NCBI GenBank assembly: GCA_050287085.1
Contig: JBNKBE010000002.1
Coordinates: 64,001 to 128,000 of the forward strand
Direction of reading: 5' to 3'
DNA length: 64,000 bases
From: Polyangiaceae bacterium
GTDB lineage: Bacteria; Myxococcota_A; Polyangia; Polyangiales; Polyangiaceae
The notes under the pieces are model-generated. The model was not told the DNA's origin. It made no database searches and was given only the letters and a program-made list of their open reading frames with translations. Position numbers and translations under genes: made by a program. Position 1 is the first letter of the stretch, and every line of letters begins with the position of its first letter. Shown here piece by piece: positions 48,485-58,600 of the stretch.

Positions 48485-48804
48485 AAAACGAGCGGCTGCC
48501 CGCGACGCAAAGCGATCGAGCGCCAAAGCTTTGCCCCCAAACCTTTGGGCTGGGCAATCGGTGCGGTGGCCGGGGCATAGGACTTACGGAAACGCTTGAT
48601 TTTCGGCTTCCGTAAGCCGGGGCTTCGCTGGCTAACGATGTAGGTCTGAAAGTACTTACGAAAATACTCTCGCCACTTATTTGCCTCGATCACTCTGCCT
48701 GAGCCTATAGGACGCCCCGACGGCTCGGCCTGCAAGTTTCTTGACGGGCCCGCCCCGTTCAGTCGTCAGAAACAAGCGCAGCCGACTTGCTGGAGAAACA
48801 AGCC

Positions 48805-50154
48805 ATGGGATTTTCGATCGAGTTCGCCGAGGAGATGCAACAGTATCAGGCCCGAATCAAGGTGGTGGGCTGCGGCGGCGCCGGTGGCAACGCCATCAAC
48901 ACTATGATTCAGTACGGTCTGGAAGGCGTTGAGTTCATCGCCGTCAATACCGACGCGCAGGCGCTGGCGGACAACCTCGCTGGCGTGAAGATCGCCATCG
49001 GGCAGAATCTAACGCGCGGGCTCGGGGCCGGGGCTGATCCGGAAAAAGGGCGCAAGGCCGCCATGGAAGACATCAACCGTCTGAAAGACGCGCTTGCCGG
49101 CGCGGACATGGTGTTTGTCACGGGTGGCATGGGCGGCGGGACTGGCACTGGCGCGGCTCCGGTAGTGGCTCAGTTGGCCCGCGAGGAAGGTGCGCTAACG
49201 GTTGGCGTCGTGACCAAGCCCTTTGTCTTCGAAGGGCGGATGCGGGCTCGCCGCGGCGAAGCCGGTCTAGCCGCGTTGAGTGAGCACGTCGACACCCTGA
49301 TCACGATCCCCAATCAGAAGCTTCTAGCTCTGGGGGACGCGGACATGACCTTCGTTGACGCTTTTCACAAGGCGGACGAAGTGCTGTTTCAGGCGGTTCA
49401 AGGGATCAGTGACCTCATTACTCAGGTTAGCGTGGTGAACGTGGACTTTGCCGATGTGCGCACCATCATGCAACAGCATCGAGGCCGGGCATTGATGGGC
49501 AGCGCTTGCGCCAAGGGCGAAGGGCGAGCTCGTCATGCGGCAGAGCAAGCAGTGACCTCGCCGCTGCTCGAAGAGGTTTCGGTGGATGGGGCCACGGGGG
49601 TTCTGCTCAACATCGTAGGCGGCCCGGACATGAGCATGCGGGAGATTGAAGAGGCGGCCTCTTATGTCCAGGAGATGGCTCACGAGGACGCCGACATCAT
49701 CTTCGGCGCGGCCATCAATGAGGAAATGGGCGACATGATGAAGGTCACGGTCGTCGCCACCGGGTTTGATAGGTCCGCTGAAGAACCGGCGGCACTGCTC
49801 AGCCAGGCAGCGCGCCAGCCGTTCGAACAGTCGCGCCACGAGCCGGCTCGCTACGCGGCTCCCAGCGAGACGCGCGCTTCGTATCCCGCTGCGCGCCAGT
49901 CGGGGGGCTATTCGGCTTCCGGAAACTACCCGGCACCCCCCAGCCATCCTGTCGCCGAACACTCGGTGCCGGCGCCGGCTGCCTATGGGCGTCAGAGCCA
50001 CCCCCCACTGCCTGACGCACTTCGTGGCGCAGCGACGAGTGGTCAGGGTGCGACTGCGCCGGCCTTGCGTGAGCGGATCGCGTTTCCGCCGCGCCGTTCG
50101 GACGCCGATTGGGACGTGCCGACCTTTCAGCGACGCATTCAGGGTCGCGACTGA
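48805..50154 (+). CDS. ftsZ: Cell division protein FtsZ
   Basis: GGAGGNA, GGGTGTG, NVDFADV and C-terminal [14 protein letters not shown]. Confidence 0.99.
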   Translation: MGFSIEFAEEMQQYQARIKVVGCGGAGGNAINTMIQYGLEGVEFIAVNTDAQALADNLAGVKIAIGQNLTRGLGAGADPEKGRKAAMEDINRLKDALAGADMVFVTGGMGGGTGTGAAPVVAQLAREEGALTVGVVTKPFVFEGRMRARRGEAGLAALSEHVDTLITIPNQKLLALGDADMTFVDAFHKADEVLFQAVQGISDLITQVSVVNVDFADVRTIMQQHRGRALMGSACAKGEGRARHAAEQAVTSPLLEEVSVDGATGVLLNIVGGPDMSMREIEEAASYVQEMAHEDADIIFGAAINEEMGDMMKVTVVATGFDRSAEEPAALLSQAARQPFEQSRHEPARYAAPSETRASYPAARQSGGYSASGNYPAPPSHPVAEHSVPAPAAYGRQSHPPLPDALRGAATSGQGATAPALRERIAFPPRRSDADWDVPTFQRRIQGRD

Positions 50155-50158
50155 CGCG

Positions 50159-50193
50159 CGGAGGCGTGCCGGCGCTTGGGGGAAGCGCCTCCG
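50159..50193. terminator. Hairpin between the convergent ftsZ and ggt genes
   Basis: CGGAGGCG...CGCCTCCG 8-bp stem, no U-tract. Confidence 0.4.
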
Positions 50194-50194
50194 G

Positions 50195-52084
50195 TCATTG
50201 ACGAGTGGATGGCGGCAGGGCTTGAGGCCCTGCCGTCAAGCCGCCTTCACGTGAATCGGCGACGCCATAATAGCCATCAGGAGCGATGAGAATCACGTTG
50301 GCGTCGCCGATGGTGCGGCGCGGGCGATCGATGTGATGGCCCATGGCTTTGAGTTGACGGATCAGTGCCTCGGGAGGGGGGCGGAGCCCCTCGAAGCGCA
50401 GTGCGTCTGGTACGAATCCGTGGTGGACGCGGGGGTGATCGACCGCCGCCCGGAGCGATAAGCCATAGTCGGCGACGCCGCGAAGCACCGCTGTCACGGT
50501 GTTCGGAATGGTGTCCCCACCGGGACTGCCCAGGACCAGCACAGGATGCCCCGAGTAGTAGACTAGCGTCGGGCTCATCGAGCTCGTCATGCGACGTCCC
50601 GCTTTCGGGACGTCGAGCCCCACCGTGCCAAAAGCGCCAAGCGAGTTGTTCATGACTATCCCGGTTCCGGGCACGATGACCTGCGCTCCAAAGCTGCCGG
50701 ATAGCGTGACGGTGCAGCTCACCACGTTGCCCTTGCTATCGACCACGGAGAAGTGCGTCGTGTGGTCGAGTTCTCGCATCGCGGCGGCGAAGTGCTTGTG
50801 GAGCGAAGCCGCAGGTGTCGCGTGCTTGGGATCGATAGGGTGCTGTGATAGCCAATGGGTTGGTTTGAGCCAGGGGGCTAGCGCTTGGCCGCCGTCGCGG
50901 GTGTCCGGGTCGACGACGTGAAAGCGCCGGTCGGCATGTGCGCGCTTGGCCACTTCTGCAAAGAGGTGAACGCCTGCCGTCGAGTCGAAGGGGACGCTCT
51001 CGGCCTTCAAAGCGTCCAGCATCGCAAGCATCTCGATGAGCGCGACGCCGCCGGCGGAAGGTGGGGGCATCGTCAGCACCTGGTAGTTGTGGTAGTCGAG
51101 GGCTAGCGGCGTCCGCCACCGAGCTTTGTAGTTGGCTAGGTCGCGTTCGGTGACGAGGCCCCCCGCAGCGCGGAGCCCGGCGCTCAGTTGTTGAGCCACG
51201 GTGCCGGCGTAGAGGCCATCGCTCCCGACTTGTGCGATGCGCTCCAGCGTATCGGCCAGTTCCGGCTGAATCAGTCGCGCTCCCTGCGCTAGCGGCTTGC
51301 CTTGGGGGGCGCCGAATAGTCGCCGCGCTTCGGGGTCACGCCGCAGCGTAGGCCACGCCCAAGATAGGACCTGTGCCTGCCGGGCCCCGAGTGTGGCTCC
51401 GCTTCGTGCCAGGCCTAAGGCTGGGGCCAGCACCTGAGCGCGCGGTAGCGAGCCGAAACGCTCATGGGCTCGCAGCAGACCCGCGACCGTGCCAGGCACT
51501 CCGGCGGCGCTTGCGCCCCGCCCGCCCTGCGCGATCATCGCGTCGAAGAAGGGCTGAGTCAGGGTCTCGGGCGCGCGCTCGCGAAAGTCGAGAGCTGCTA
51601 CGGGGGAGCCGCTCATGCCGATTAGCATGAAGCCGCCACCCCCGAGGTTGCCCGCGCTGGGATGGGTGACGGCCAAAGCGAAACCCACCGCAACCGCCGC
51701 GTCGACCGCATTGCCTCCGGCGGTGAGCATCTCGATGCCGGCCTGGGTTGCTTGGGCTTCCACGGAGGAAACCATGGCGTACGGCGAGAACACGGCACCT
51801 TCGCCGCGTCGAGCGTCCCAATGGGGGGGCCACGCGTCTGGGTCTTGGGGGCGCGCTTCGGGGAGGCCTTCGGTGCTGGTCGAAGCGGTGACGGAATGGG
51901 CGGCCGAGCGCTCCGGGGTGGGCTTTGGGGCGGAGCTGCTCGAGTTGACTCGGGCTGGGGCCAACCGGGGCGTTCGATTGCAGGCAGCAATCGCTAGGGC
52001 TGAGCCCACTAGCCAGGCGAGGGCGGCCGGGGCTCGATGTGTGCGCTTCGGAGCGCGCTCCCATGTTGCCGCGGTCACGACCAT
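50195..52084 (-). CDS. ggt: Gamma-glutamyltransferase (lipoprotein)
   Basis: GGNAVDAAVA, GGGGF, DFRERAP, catalytic TTHFSV, SSMSP and GSPGG; lipobox IAAC. Confidence 0.95.
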   Translation of the reverse strand: MVVTAATWERAPKRTHRAPAALAWLVGSALAIAACNRTPRLAPARVNSSSSAPKPTPERSAAHSVTASTSTEGLPEARPQDPDAWPPHWDARRGEGAVFSPYAMVSSVEAQATQAGIEMLTAGGNAVDAAVAVGFALAVTHPSAGNLGGGGFMLIGMSGSPVAALDFRERAPETLTQPFFDAMIAQGGRGASAAGVPGTVAGLLRAHERFGSLPRAQVLAPALGLARSGATLGARQAQVLSWAWPTLRRDPEARRLFGAPQGKPLAQGARLIQPELADTLERIAQVGSDGLYAGTVAQQLSAGLRAAGGLVTERDLANYKARWRTPLALDYHNYQVLTMPPPSAGGVALIEMLAMLDALKAESVPFDSTAGVHLFAEVAKRAHADRRFHVVDPDTRDGGQALAPWLKPTHWLSQHPIDPKHATPAASLHKHFAAAMRELDHTTHFSVVDSKGNVVSCTVTLSGSFGAQVIVPGTGIVMNNSLGAFGTVGLDVPKAGRRMTSSMSPTLVYYSGHPVLVLGSPGGDTIPNTVTAVLRGVADYGLSLRAAVDHPRVHHGFVPDALRFEGLRPPPEALIRQLKAMGHHIDRPRRTIGDANVILIAPDGYYGVADSREGGLTAGPQALPPSTRQ

Positions 52085-52182
52085 CGGTTGACGGTAGCAA
52101 GGCCGCGACGCGCGTGCCAAGAGGAGTCCTTGGCGCGCTCTCTCGTCTTTCGCAAAGCGGCTGCTTTCGCTACGCTGGGCCC

Positions 52183-52686
52183 GTGGGATCCGACAAAGCA
52201 CTAGCCATCGCCATCGTCACGGTGAGCGATACCCGAACCCTCGAGACCGATACCAGTGGTGGCTATCTGGTGGAGGCGGCGATGGCCGCTGGCCACCGGA
52301 TCGTGCACCGGCAGATACTTCCGGACGATCTGGCGGGTCTGCGGCAGTGTTTTGCCGCACTGGTGCAGCGCACGGACGTTCAATGTGTGATTGCGACTGG
52401 CGGCACCGGGATCACCGCCCGGGACGTGACGCCAGACGCGCTGGCGCCCCTCGTAACGAAAGAAATCGTCGGGTTTGGGGAGCTCTTTCGCTGGCTGAGC
52501 TACGCCGAAATTGGAGCTTCGACCATTCAGAGTCGGGCGCAGGCCGCTTTATGTGAACAGACCTTGGTGTTCTTGCTCCCAGGCTCTACCTCGGCTTGCC
52601 GCTTGGCGATGGAAAAAATCATCTTGTCCCAGCTGGACGCGGACACGAAGCCCTGTAACTTTGCCAAGTTGTTGCCTCGCTTGTGA
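52183..52686 (+). CDS. moaB: Molybdopterin adenylyltransferase MoaB/Mog
   Basis: [33 protein letters not shown] and LPGS. GTG start chosen from promoter geometry. Confidence 0.92.
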   Translation: MGSDKALAIAIVTVSDTRTLETDTSGGYLVEAAMAAGHRIVHRQILPDDLAGLRQCFAALVQRTDVQCVIATGGTGITARDVTPDALAPLVTKEIVGFGELFRWLSYAEIGASTIQSRAQAALCEQTLVFLLPGSTSACRLAMEKIILSQLDADTKPCNFAKLLPRL

Positions 52687-52716
52687 GCTAAGGGGGCCGG
52701 CTCGTCGCTGTGCTCC

Positions 52717-53823
52717 TCAAGCGAGCTCTTCACGTGGGCATATTCCTGGGTCGCAGATGGCCCAGCGGGCAGCTTCCCCTGCGGGCGGACACCAAACGAC
52801 AACGCCGAGCGCGCGCGCTTCTCGCACGACGGTTGGGGCTCCCTCGTGTCGTGACGCCGTCAGCAGTACGTCAGCGGAGCGGAGCCACCGCAACGTCAGA
52901 GTCCGCGGCAGGCGTCCGAGAAACGAGGTGTCGGGGAAGCGCTGACGCAACGCGACGAGCTCGGGGCCATCGCCGATGACGAAGATCTTGGCCCCGATTG
53001 GAAGGGGGGCACACTCAAGCGCGACGTCCACCCGCTTGCTCGCAACCAGGCGGCCTATCACCACGGCTACGAATTCGGAGCCGAGGCCCAGCTCGCGACG
53101 GACGACGTCTCGCGATGGCAGTGTTGGCAGTGAGATCGGAGCGGCGCGTACGGGGGCCTTGCCGATAGTGGCGCGGGTTTGGGCACAAGCCAGCTCCAGT
53201 AGGTCCCGACGGGGTGCGTCTGCGACAAACTCCAGCCTTGGGCCGGTCGCCAGCAGACGACGCAGCAGGGCTTGGGCGAGCGGGCGTGGCAGCTGACACA
53301 ACACTCGGGCGTCGCTGCCGTGTATCGTGATCCGAAGCGGCCCCGCCCCCGCTGCGATCGGCCAACCCGCGGGGAGAAGCCAATGCGCGATGAGTCGGTC
53401 GTACTTTCCGTCGCGGACCACACGCCGTGCGCGGGTGATGAACGCAAGCGCACCGAGCCAGCGAAAGGGATGCCCCCGCATGCGTTCCAGTGCTCCCGGC
53501 CAGCCGAAGGCGGAGCCACCGCCGAGAGCGTCAAAGGTCAGGCCGGGCTCCGGCTGCGAGCGGGTTCGGCCCCAGCCGGATTGGGGCATGACAACCGTGA
53601 CTTCGTGTCCCTCGGCGCGGAGCGCAGCGACTTCGGTTGCGACGAAGTGACCGCTCGGATCTTCGGGGGAGCATGGATAGCTAGTGGTGATGACGGCGAT
53701 GCGCTCTCGCGCTTTCCCCTGGGCCTGCGTCGCTTGTGGCGCCGCTTTCATGGCAGGCTGTGGCGCCGCTTTCATGGCAGGCTGTGGCGCCGCTTTCATG
53801 GCAGGCTGTGGCGCCGCTTTCAT
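52717..53823 (-). CDS. GT4-family glycosyltransferase
   Basis: TTSYP...DPSGHFV, AHWLLP, GRLVASKR, IGDGP and EX7E (EGAPTVVRE). Confidence 0.88.
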   Translation of the reverse strand: MKAAPQPAMKAAPQPAMKAAPQPAMKAAPQATQAQGKARERIAVITTSYPCSPEDPSGHFVATEVAALRAEGHEVTVVMPQSGWGRTRSQPEPGLTFDALGGGSAFGWPGALERMRGHPFRWLGALAFITRARRVVRDGKYDRLIAHWLLPAGWPIAAGAGPLRITIHGSDARVLCQLPRPLAQALLRRLLATGPRLEFVADAPRRDLLELACAQTRATIGKAPVRAAPISLPTLPSRDVVRRELGLGSEFVAVVIGRLVASKRVDVALECAPLPIGAKIFVIGDGPELVALRQRFPDTSFLGRLPRTLTLRWLRSADVLLTASRHEGAPTVVREARALGVVVWCPPAGEAARWAICDPGICPREELA

Positions 53824-53830
53824 GGCAGGC
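53735..53830. repeat. Perfect 24-bp tandem repeat x4
   Basis: TGTGGCGCCGCTTTCATGGCAGGC x4, encoding MKAAPQPA repeats on the minus strand. Confidence 0.97.
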
Positions 53831-54158
53831 GAGGATAGACTTCCGTAAGCGCTTCACCATGGATGCGATGTAGCTGCGTCAAACGATAGAGAAACTCGAA
53901 CGAGTACAAGCCCGCACTATGACGATCTCCCCACACCAAGCGCAGCGCGTAGTTGCCCACCGGCTGGATTTCGAGCAATTGGGAATCGTGGCCGGCGCGG
54001 AACTCGATATCCGGACCGTGTCCTTGGCAGGTCGCACAGGGACAATACCCGCGCAACAATCGAGTACTCAGACGGGTCGCTGTTTCCCCTTGCCAGCGAA
54101 GCTCGAACCAATCGGCCCCGAGCGGTGAATGGATCCCTTCCAGGCGAGGCGTCGACAT
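53820..54158 (-). CDS. DUF971 / GBBH-like N-terminal domain protein
   Basis: LRGYCPCATC and VGNYALRLVWGDRHSAGLYS. Start moved to MSTPR. Confidence 0.85.
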   Translation of the reverse strand: MSTPRLEGIHSPLGADWFELRWQGETATRLSTRLLRGYCPCATCQGHGPDIEFRAGHDSQLLEIQPVGNYALRLVWGDRHSAGLYSFEFLYRLTQLHRIHGEALTEVYPRLP

Positions 54159-54240
54159 GGTTCGCCCCATATCGGTGCGCGACTGAAAGGGCCAGTAATT
54201 TTGCCTCGCGTCCAGTGCCCCCGCTAGCGTGCGCAAAGCG

Positions 54241-55587
54241 ATGGCAAATCGACGTGTGCAAGAGGTGAGTACTCCCCCCGCCGCTCTAGAGATAGCGACT
54301 CCTTCGGCGCCGACTGGGGGCTGGCGATTGCGCCATTGGTTGCTCATGTGTCTGGTGCTCGGGTTTGGCACATGGATCTACCCGCGAGGCAAGGCCGCGT
54401 GGCAGCTTCATGATCGCGCCACGGCCATGGCGGACTACGCCCTATGCGCCGCCGGGCCCGTGGGTCCCTCGTCGCTGCTCGACCATCCGAGCGGCTTCGT
54501 ACAGCTGATGCGGGCTCGCCTGCTTGTCGCATCGCCCGACGCGCAGCCTTTTGCGGCCTGCACGCGGGCCGCGAAAGAGGTCCTCAACCAGGAAGCAGCG
54601 GCCGCGACCCTTCTCTCGGCGGCGACATTTTCAGACTATGGCATGGTCGATGGCGCCCCGGTCTCGGCCAGCCTCGCGCAGTTGGTGCCGAACGAGGCGC
54701 AGCTGGGAGCCCTACTTGAGCAAGCTTGGCCCTTCGAGCGCGGCGGCTACCGACATTTGGTCAAGAGCTCGTTGGGTGCCAAAGAAGCCCTGCACCCGGT
54801 GGAGTTTCCCAATCCCGGTTTGGGCCATGGGCTGCCGGGGTTTCGCACGGCGTACCGGACGGCTTGGCACTCCGGGGGACGCTGGTTCTTGGCCTTGGGC
54901 CAAGGGGCGACCCTGCGCGTGCTCGAGAGTCGCGACGAAGGCGCCACCTGGGAGCCGACGACGCTCAATCAGCCGCGAATCATGGACTTTGCCGGACGGT
55001 GCCGCAGTGCGGATGAACGCTCCCAGGTATCATTTACCATCGAGCGGCAGGAGGACGGTCTGTACCTCCACTCTTACCTTGGGGCCGAGGAACGCGACAC
55101 GGTATCACTGGTAGGAGTGAGCGAGGTGCTTGCGATGAGTTGTGACGTTGCCTCCGCAGTTCTCGGTGTTGAGAATACACACGGCCAACGCACGTTGCTG
55201 GGCTGTCGCTACGGTGGGGGCTGCTATCAGATCCCGGCTGATCCTCGCTGGGTTAAGGCTCATTTCGATGTGGCACAGGTGCAAGGTACGACCGTGCTCG
55301 CGACGGTTGACGCGGGCGTCGTACGGGTCCGGACTAGTCGCGATTCGGGGCGGAGCTGGACACCCGCTACCGTGGCCTTCGATTGGCAAGCGCACCCCAA
55401 CACGACGGATATCAAGTTGCCGAATCGGCTGCTGGCCCTTGGGGACCGTGTGTTGCTCTATGGCGCGGCCGAGCCCGGTCAAACCTATCCGGTGCTTACC
55501 TCTGACAACCAGGGCGCTTCCTTTCACGCGCCCATCGTCGAAGTATCTGAGACGAGCGGCCCTCAGCCCTTCAGTGCGTCGCGCTGA
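54241..55587 (+). CDS. Membrane-anchored Asp-box (BNR) repeat protein
   Basis: N-terminal TM helix; Asp-boxes SRDEGATW, SRDSGRSW and SDNQGASF; Cys pairs. Confidence 0.7.
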   Translation: MANRRVQEVSTPPAALEIATPSAPTGGWRLRHWLLMCLVLGFGTWIYPRGKAAWQLHDRATAMADYALCAAGPVGPSSLLDHPSGFVQLMRARLLVASPDAQPFAACTRAAKEVLNQEAAAATLLSAATFSDYGMVDGAPVSASLAQLVPNEAQLGALLEQAWPFERGGYRHLVKSSLGAKEALHPVEFPNPGLGHGLPGFRTAYRTAWHSGGRWFLALGQGATLRVLESRDEGATWEPTTLNQPRIMDFAGRCRSADERSQVSFTIERQEDGLYLHSYLGAEERDTVSLVGVSEVLAMSCDVASAVLGVENTHGQRTLLGCRYGGGCYQIPADPRWVKAHFDVAQVQGTTVLATVDAGVVRVRTSRDSGRSWTPATVAFDWQAHPNTTDIKLPNRLLALGDRVLLYGAAEPGQTYPVLTSDNQGASFHAPIVEVSETSGPQPFSASR

Positions 55588-55609
55588 AGGACTTGTTGGG
55601 CCGGGCGCG

Positions 55610-58600
55610 CTAGGCGTTCGGTTCTGCGAGTGCGGCGCGGGCCTCTGGATCGTCGGGAATGCGTCGCAGGATTTCCCGATGGCATCGCTCAGCACGTCGC
55701 GGACTGGCTAGCGGACCTGCGTATAGTTGCGCAAGTATGCGATATGCTGCGGCTTCGACCTCGAGCGTATCACCCCGGCGCGGGAGCTCAAGGAGCACCG
55801 CTTCCGCCTGCTCAGGATCCGTCGTCGCGAGCAATCGGCCGAGTAGCAGGCGTGCTCTGCCGTCGTTGTGCTCCTCGGCTAGGCGTCGGAGTTCCGGCGC
55901 CGCCTCTTCAGCGCGACCCAGGGTGAGCATCAATTCGGCGTGCTCGCGGCGCAGGGCTTGAATGCGTGGTGCATCGGAGGTGGCTGCCAGCGCCCGCGAG
56001 ACGAGGTCCAGGCGAGCTTCTGCTTCCAGGGTGGCGTCCAGGTGTTCCGAGAGCGCGTCAAAGAGGGCTTCGTTCGCTGGGTCGCGCTCAAAACCCGCTT
56101 CGAAGGCGGCTCTTGCCAAAGCTTGCTCTCCGACTTCGAGCCATAGCTTGCCGGCGCGAAGGAACGCCAGCGCGCCGTGTTCATTCGAGGCGGCGTAGTG
56201 GGCGGATTGCTCGTAGGCGAGCGCGGCGGCGGCTACGTCGGTGCGCGCCTCCAGCAGTTGGGCGCGCAGGTCATGGGCAAGCCAGTTGTCCGGCGCTTCG
56301 CCAATGGCCTCTTGAAGCAGCTCAACGGCGAGCGCAGGTTGCTCCTGTCGGGCTGCGACTTGCGCGGCTTCATACGCGAGTCGGGAGCGGTCGTAGGGGC
56401 GCTCAGCGCGACGTCGCAACTCACGGCATACCTCAATCAACAGCGCCTCATCTCCTCCGAGCCGCAGCTGGGCCTGTAGGTGACGGAGCGCTGAACTCGA
56501 AGCGTGGTCTATGGCTATCTGCTTGAGCAGCTCGATAGCAGCTGGGTAGTCCTGATTCTGGCGTTGCAGACGCGCGGCCAGCTCGAGATGAGCGGTTCGC
56601 TCCGGTTCATCGAGGGTTGCTGCCAGCGATTGCTCGACTTCCAAGAGGAGCTCACGATCGCCTGTTTCGAAGCCGAAGTGCTCCGCTCTTAGCAGCGCGT
56701 CCCAGGCTCGGGGCGACAGCCTCAGCGCATGGCGCAGCCACGTGCCCTCCTGGTTTCGCTCGCCACGGCGGTGAGCGATGCTCGCTAGCTCCAGAGCGAT
56801 CTGGGAGCGCTCAGCCTCTGGCGCGTCGGAGAAGACCCGTTGACTCAGCTCAGCCACCAACTGTGGCTCCAACTCGGTGCCGACCGCGGTGCGCTCAAAG
56901 GTGCTCTTGGCGATTGGGTTCGGATCCAATTCGAGGCACTCCTGGGCTAGCTCTGCGGCCTTCTGAGTTTCGAAACTGAGTTCCTGGTGCCAGGCGGCGG
57001 CCAAGAGCAGCGCCGCCTTTAACGCTGGGTCCTGCGTATTGCGGCCCAGCCTTTCGAGTTGTGCCGCGGCGCCCGAGGTGCTGGGCGGAGAGAGCTGCCA
57101 AAGCGCAAGCGACAGCGATAGGTCCGCGGGTAGTGTGTCCTGGGCTGCCGTGAATGCGGCTGCGCGCTGCGGCCGGGACAACTCGCCGTCAAGGGCTTGA
57201 AGCAAGGCGGGTAGCAGGCCTTCCGTCGCCCCGGAGGGCGCTTTCCCTGAGGCTTGAACACATTCGAGCCACTCGGTGCATCGGCCGCTGCGCCGCAGCT
57301 GCCATCGCCGCTGCAGGCCAAGCAACATAGCCGACAGCGTGTTCCCTTCAGCCGGAGTCGTCGGTGGCGTCCCGTCGGAGAGGCCGAGTAGGAAGCTCAG
57401 GTAGTCCCGTTGCTGCCCCGGCGCTAGTGAGGTCAGCGCCTTCTGCGCGAGCGCTTCATCGCGTGGGCCAGCTTGGCCCAGACCCCAGAGGGAAGGCTCC
57501 GTGAAGTTCTCCGAAGCCACGGCGCTGGCGTAGAGCGTGGTCATTCGTTCACTGAGTACATCGTCCTGAGTGTTCGCTCGGTGACACTCCGTGAGAACCG
57601 CGCCGACGAAGCTGGCCGCGGCTGTACTCGGGGCATCGATCGAGAAAAAGTTGGCGAGCCGCTGTCCGACGTCCGGGGCGTTGTGCTCTGCCGCGTGCTC
57701 CAGTCCGATGAATTCAGCCAGAGGTCGCAGGCCATCGGCCGCGGTGGACAGATGCCTGGGTGGGGGCAGTTCACGCTCGCCCCGTCCGAGTGCTAGCCAT
57801 AGCTCGAGTGTCTCATTCGTTCCTCCGCTATCGCTTGTCAGCGCTGACGCGCGCCGCGCCAGGGTGGCCGCGGCAAAAGCGAGCGCCCGTGAGGCACCGC
57901 TGGCTGTCGGCTCGTATTCAGCGGGCGCCTGGGGAAGCATGCCGGTGAGCAGATTGACAGCAAGTCGGTCCTCCTGCGTAAACGCGGGGCCGCCCAGAAC
58001 AGCACCGGCTGCGTCCAGCTGACCTTGCAGCCGTAGAGACAGGAAGCGCAGAAGCGCAACGCTCCTTTCGGCGCTGGGGTCGGGTTCGCTAGCCAGGGCA
58101 TGGTCCAGGTAGGGGAGTGCATCGGCGAGCTGCTCGCTCTTCTGGATGAGCGCGCAACCCAATAGCCAGCTGGCGGCGGTGCCGAGTTCTTCCTCCTCGA
58201 GCAGGGCGGGAAGGTAGCGAATGGTGCCTGCGAGGTCCCCTTTTTGAACGCAGGCCCTGGCCCAGCTCAGGGCTGTGAGCGCTGAACTGGGCTGGGTGGG
58301 GCCCGGGCCCGTCACCAGCTGCACGAGCTCAGTTGCGAATGCGTTCAAGCGCTCCCCGCCGGGGGAGTTGGGCCAGCTTATGCTGAGTGGAAGACCTGCC
58401 TCGTATTGGGTCAGGAACTGAAATAGGCCAGGACGGGGATCTGCAGGCAGCAACGCGTGGGCCCGCCGCATGAACTCGATGCCCTGGACGGGGGTTCCTC
58501 TCACCAGGCGATGGAGTTCGGCGATCAGGATCAGGTGGTGTGCGATGGTCTCGGCGGGCCATCGAGGCTCCGAGCCGTCGGCGGTCGTTGTCGTTTCGGG

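Noticed and set aside
32438..48804. Inserts in the dcw cluster as a mobile element or prophage
   Set aside because: No integrase, transposase, phage genes or flanking repeats seen; composition looks host-like.
53735..53830. CRISPR array
   Set aside because: Repeats are contiguous without spacers, lie in frame within a CDS, and no cas genes are present.
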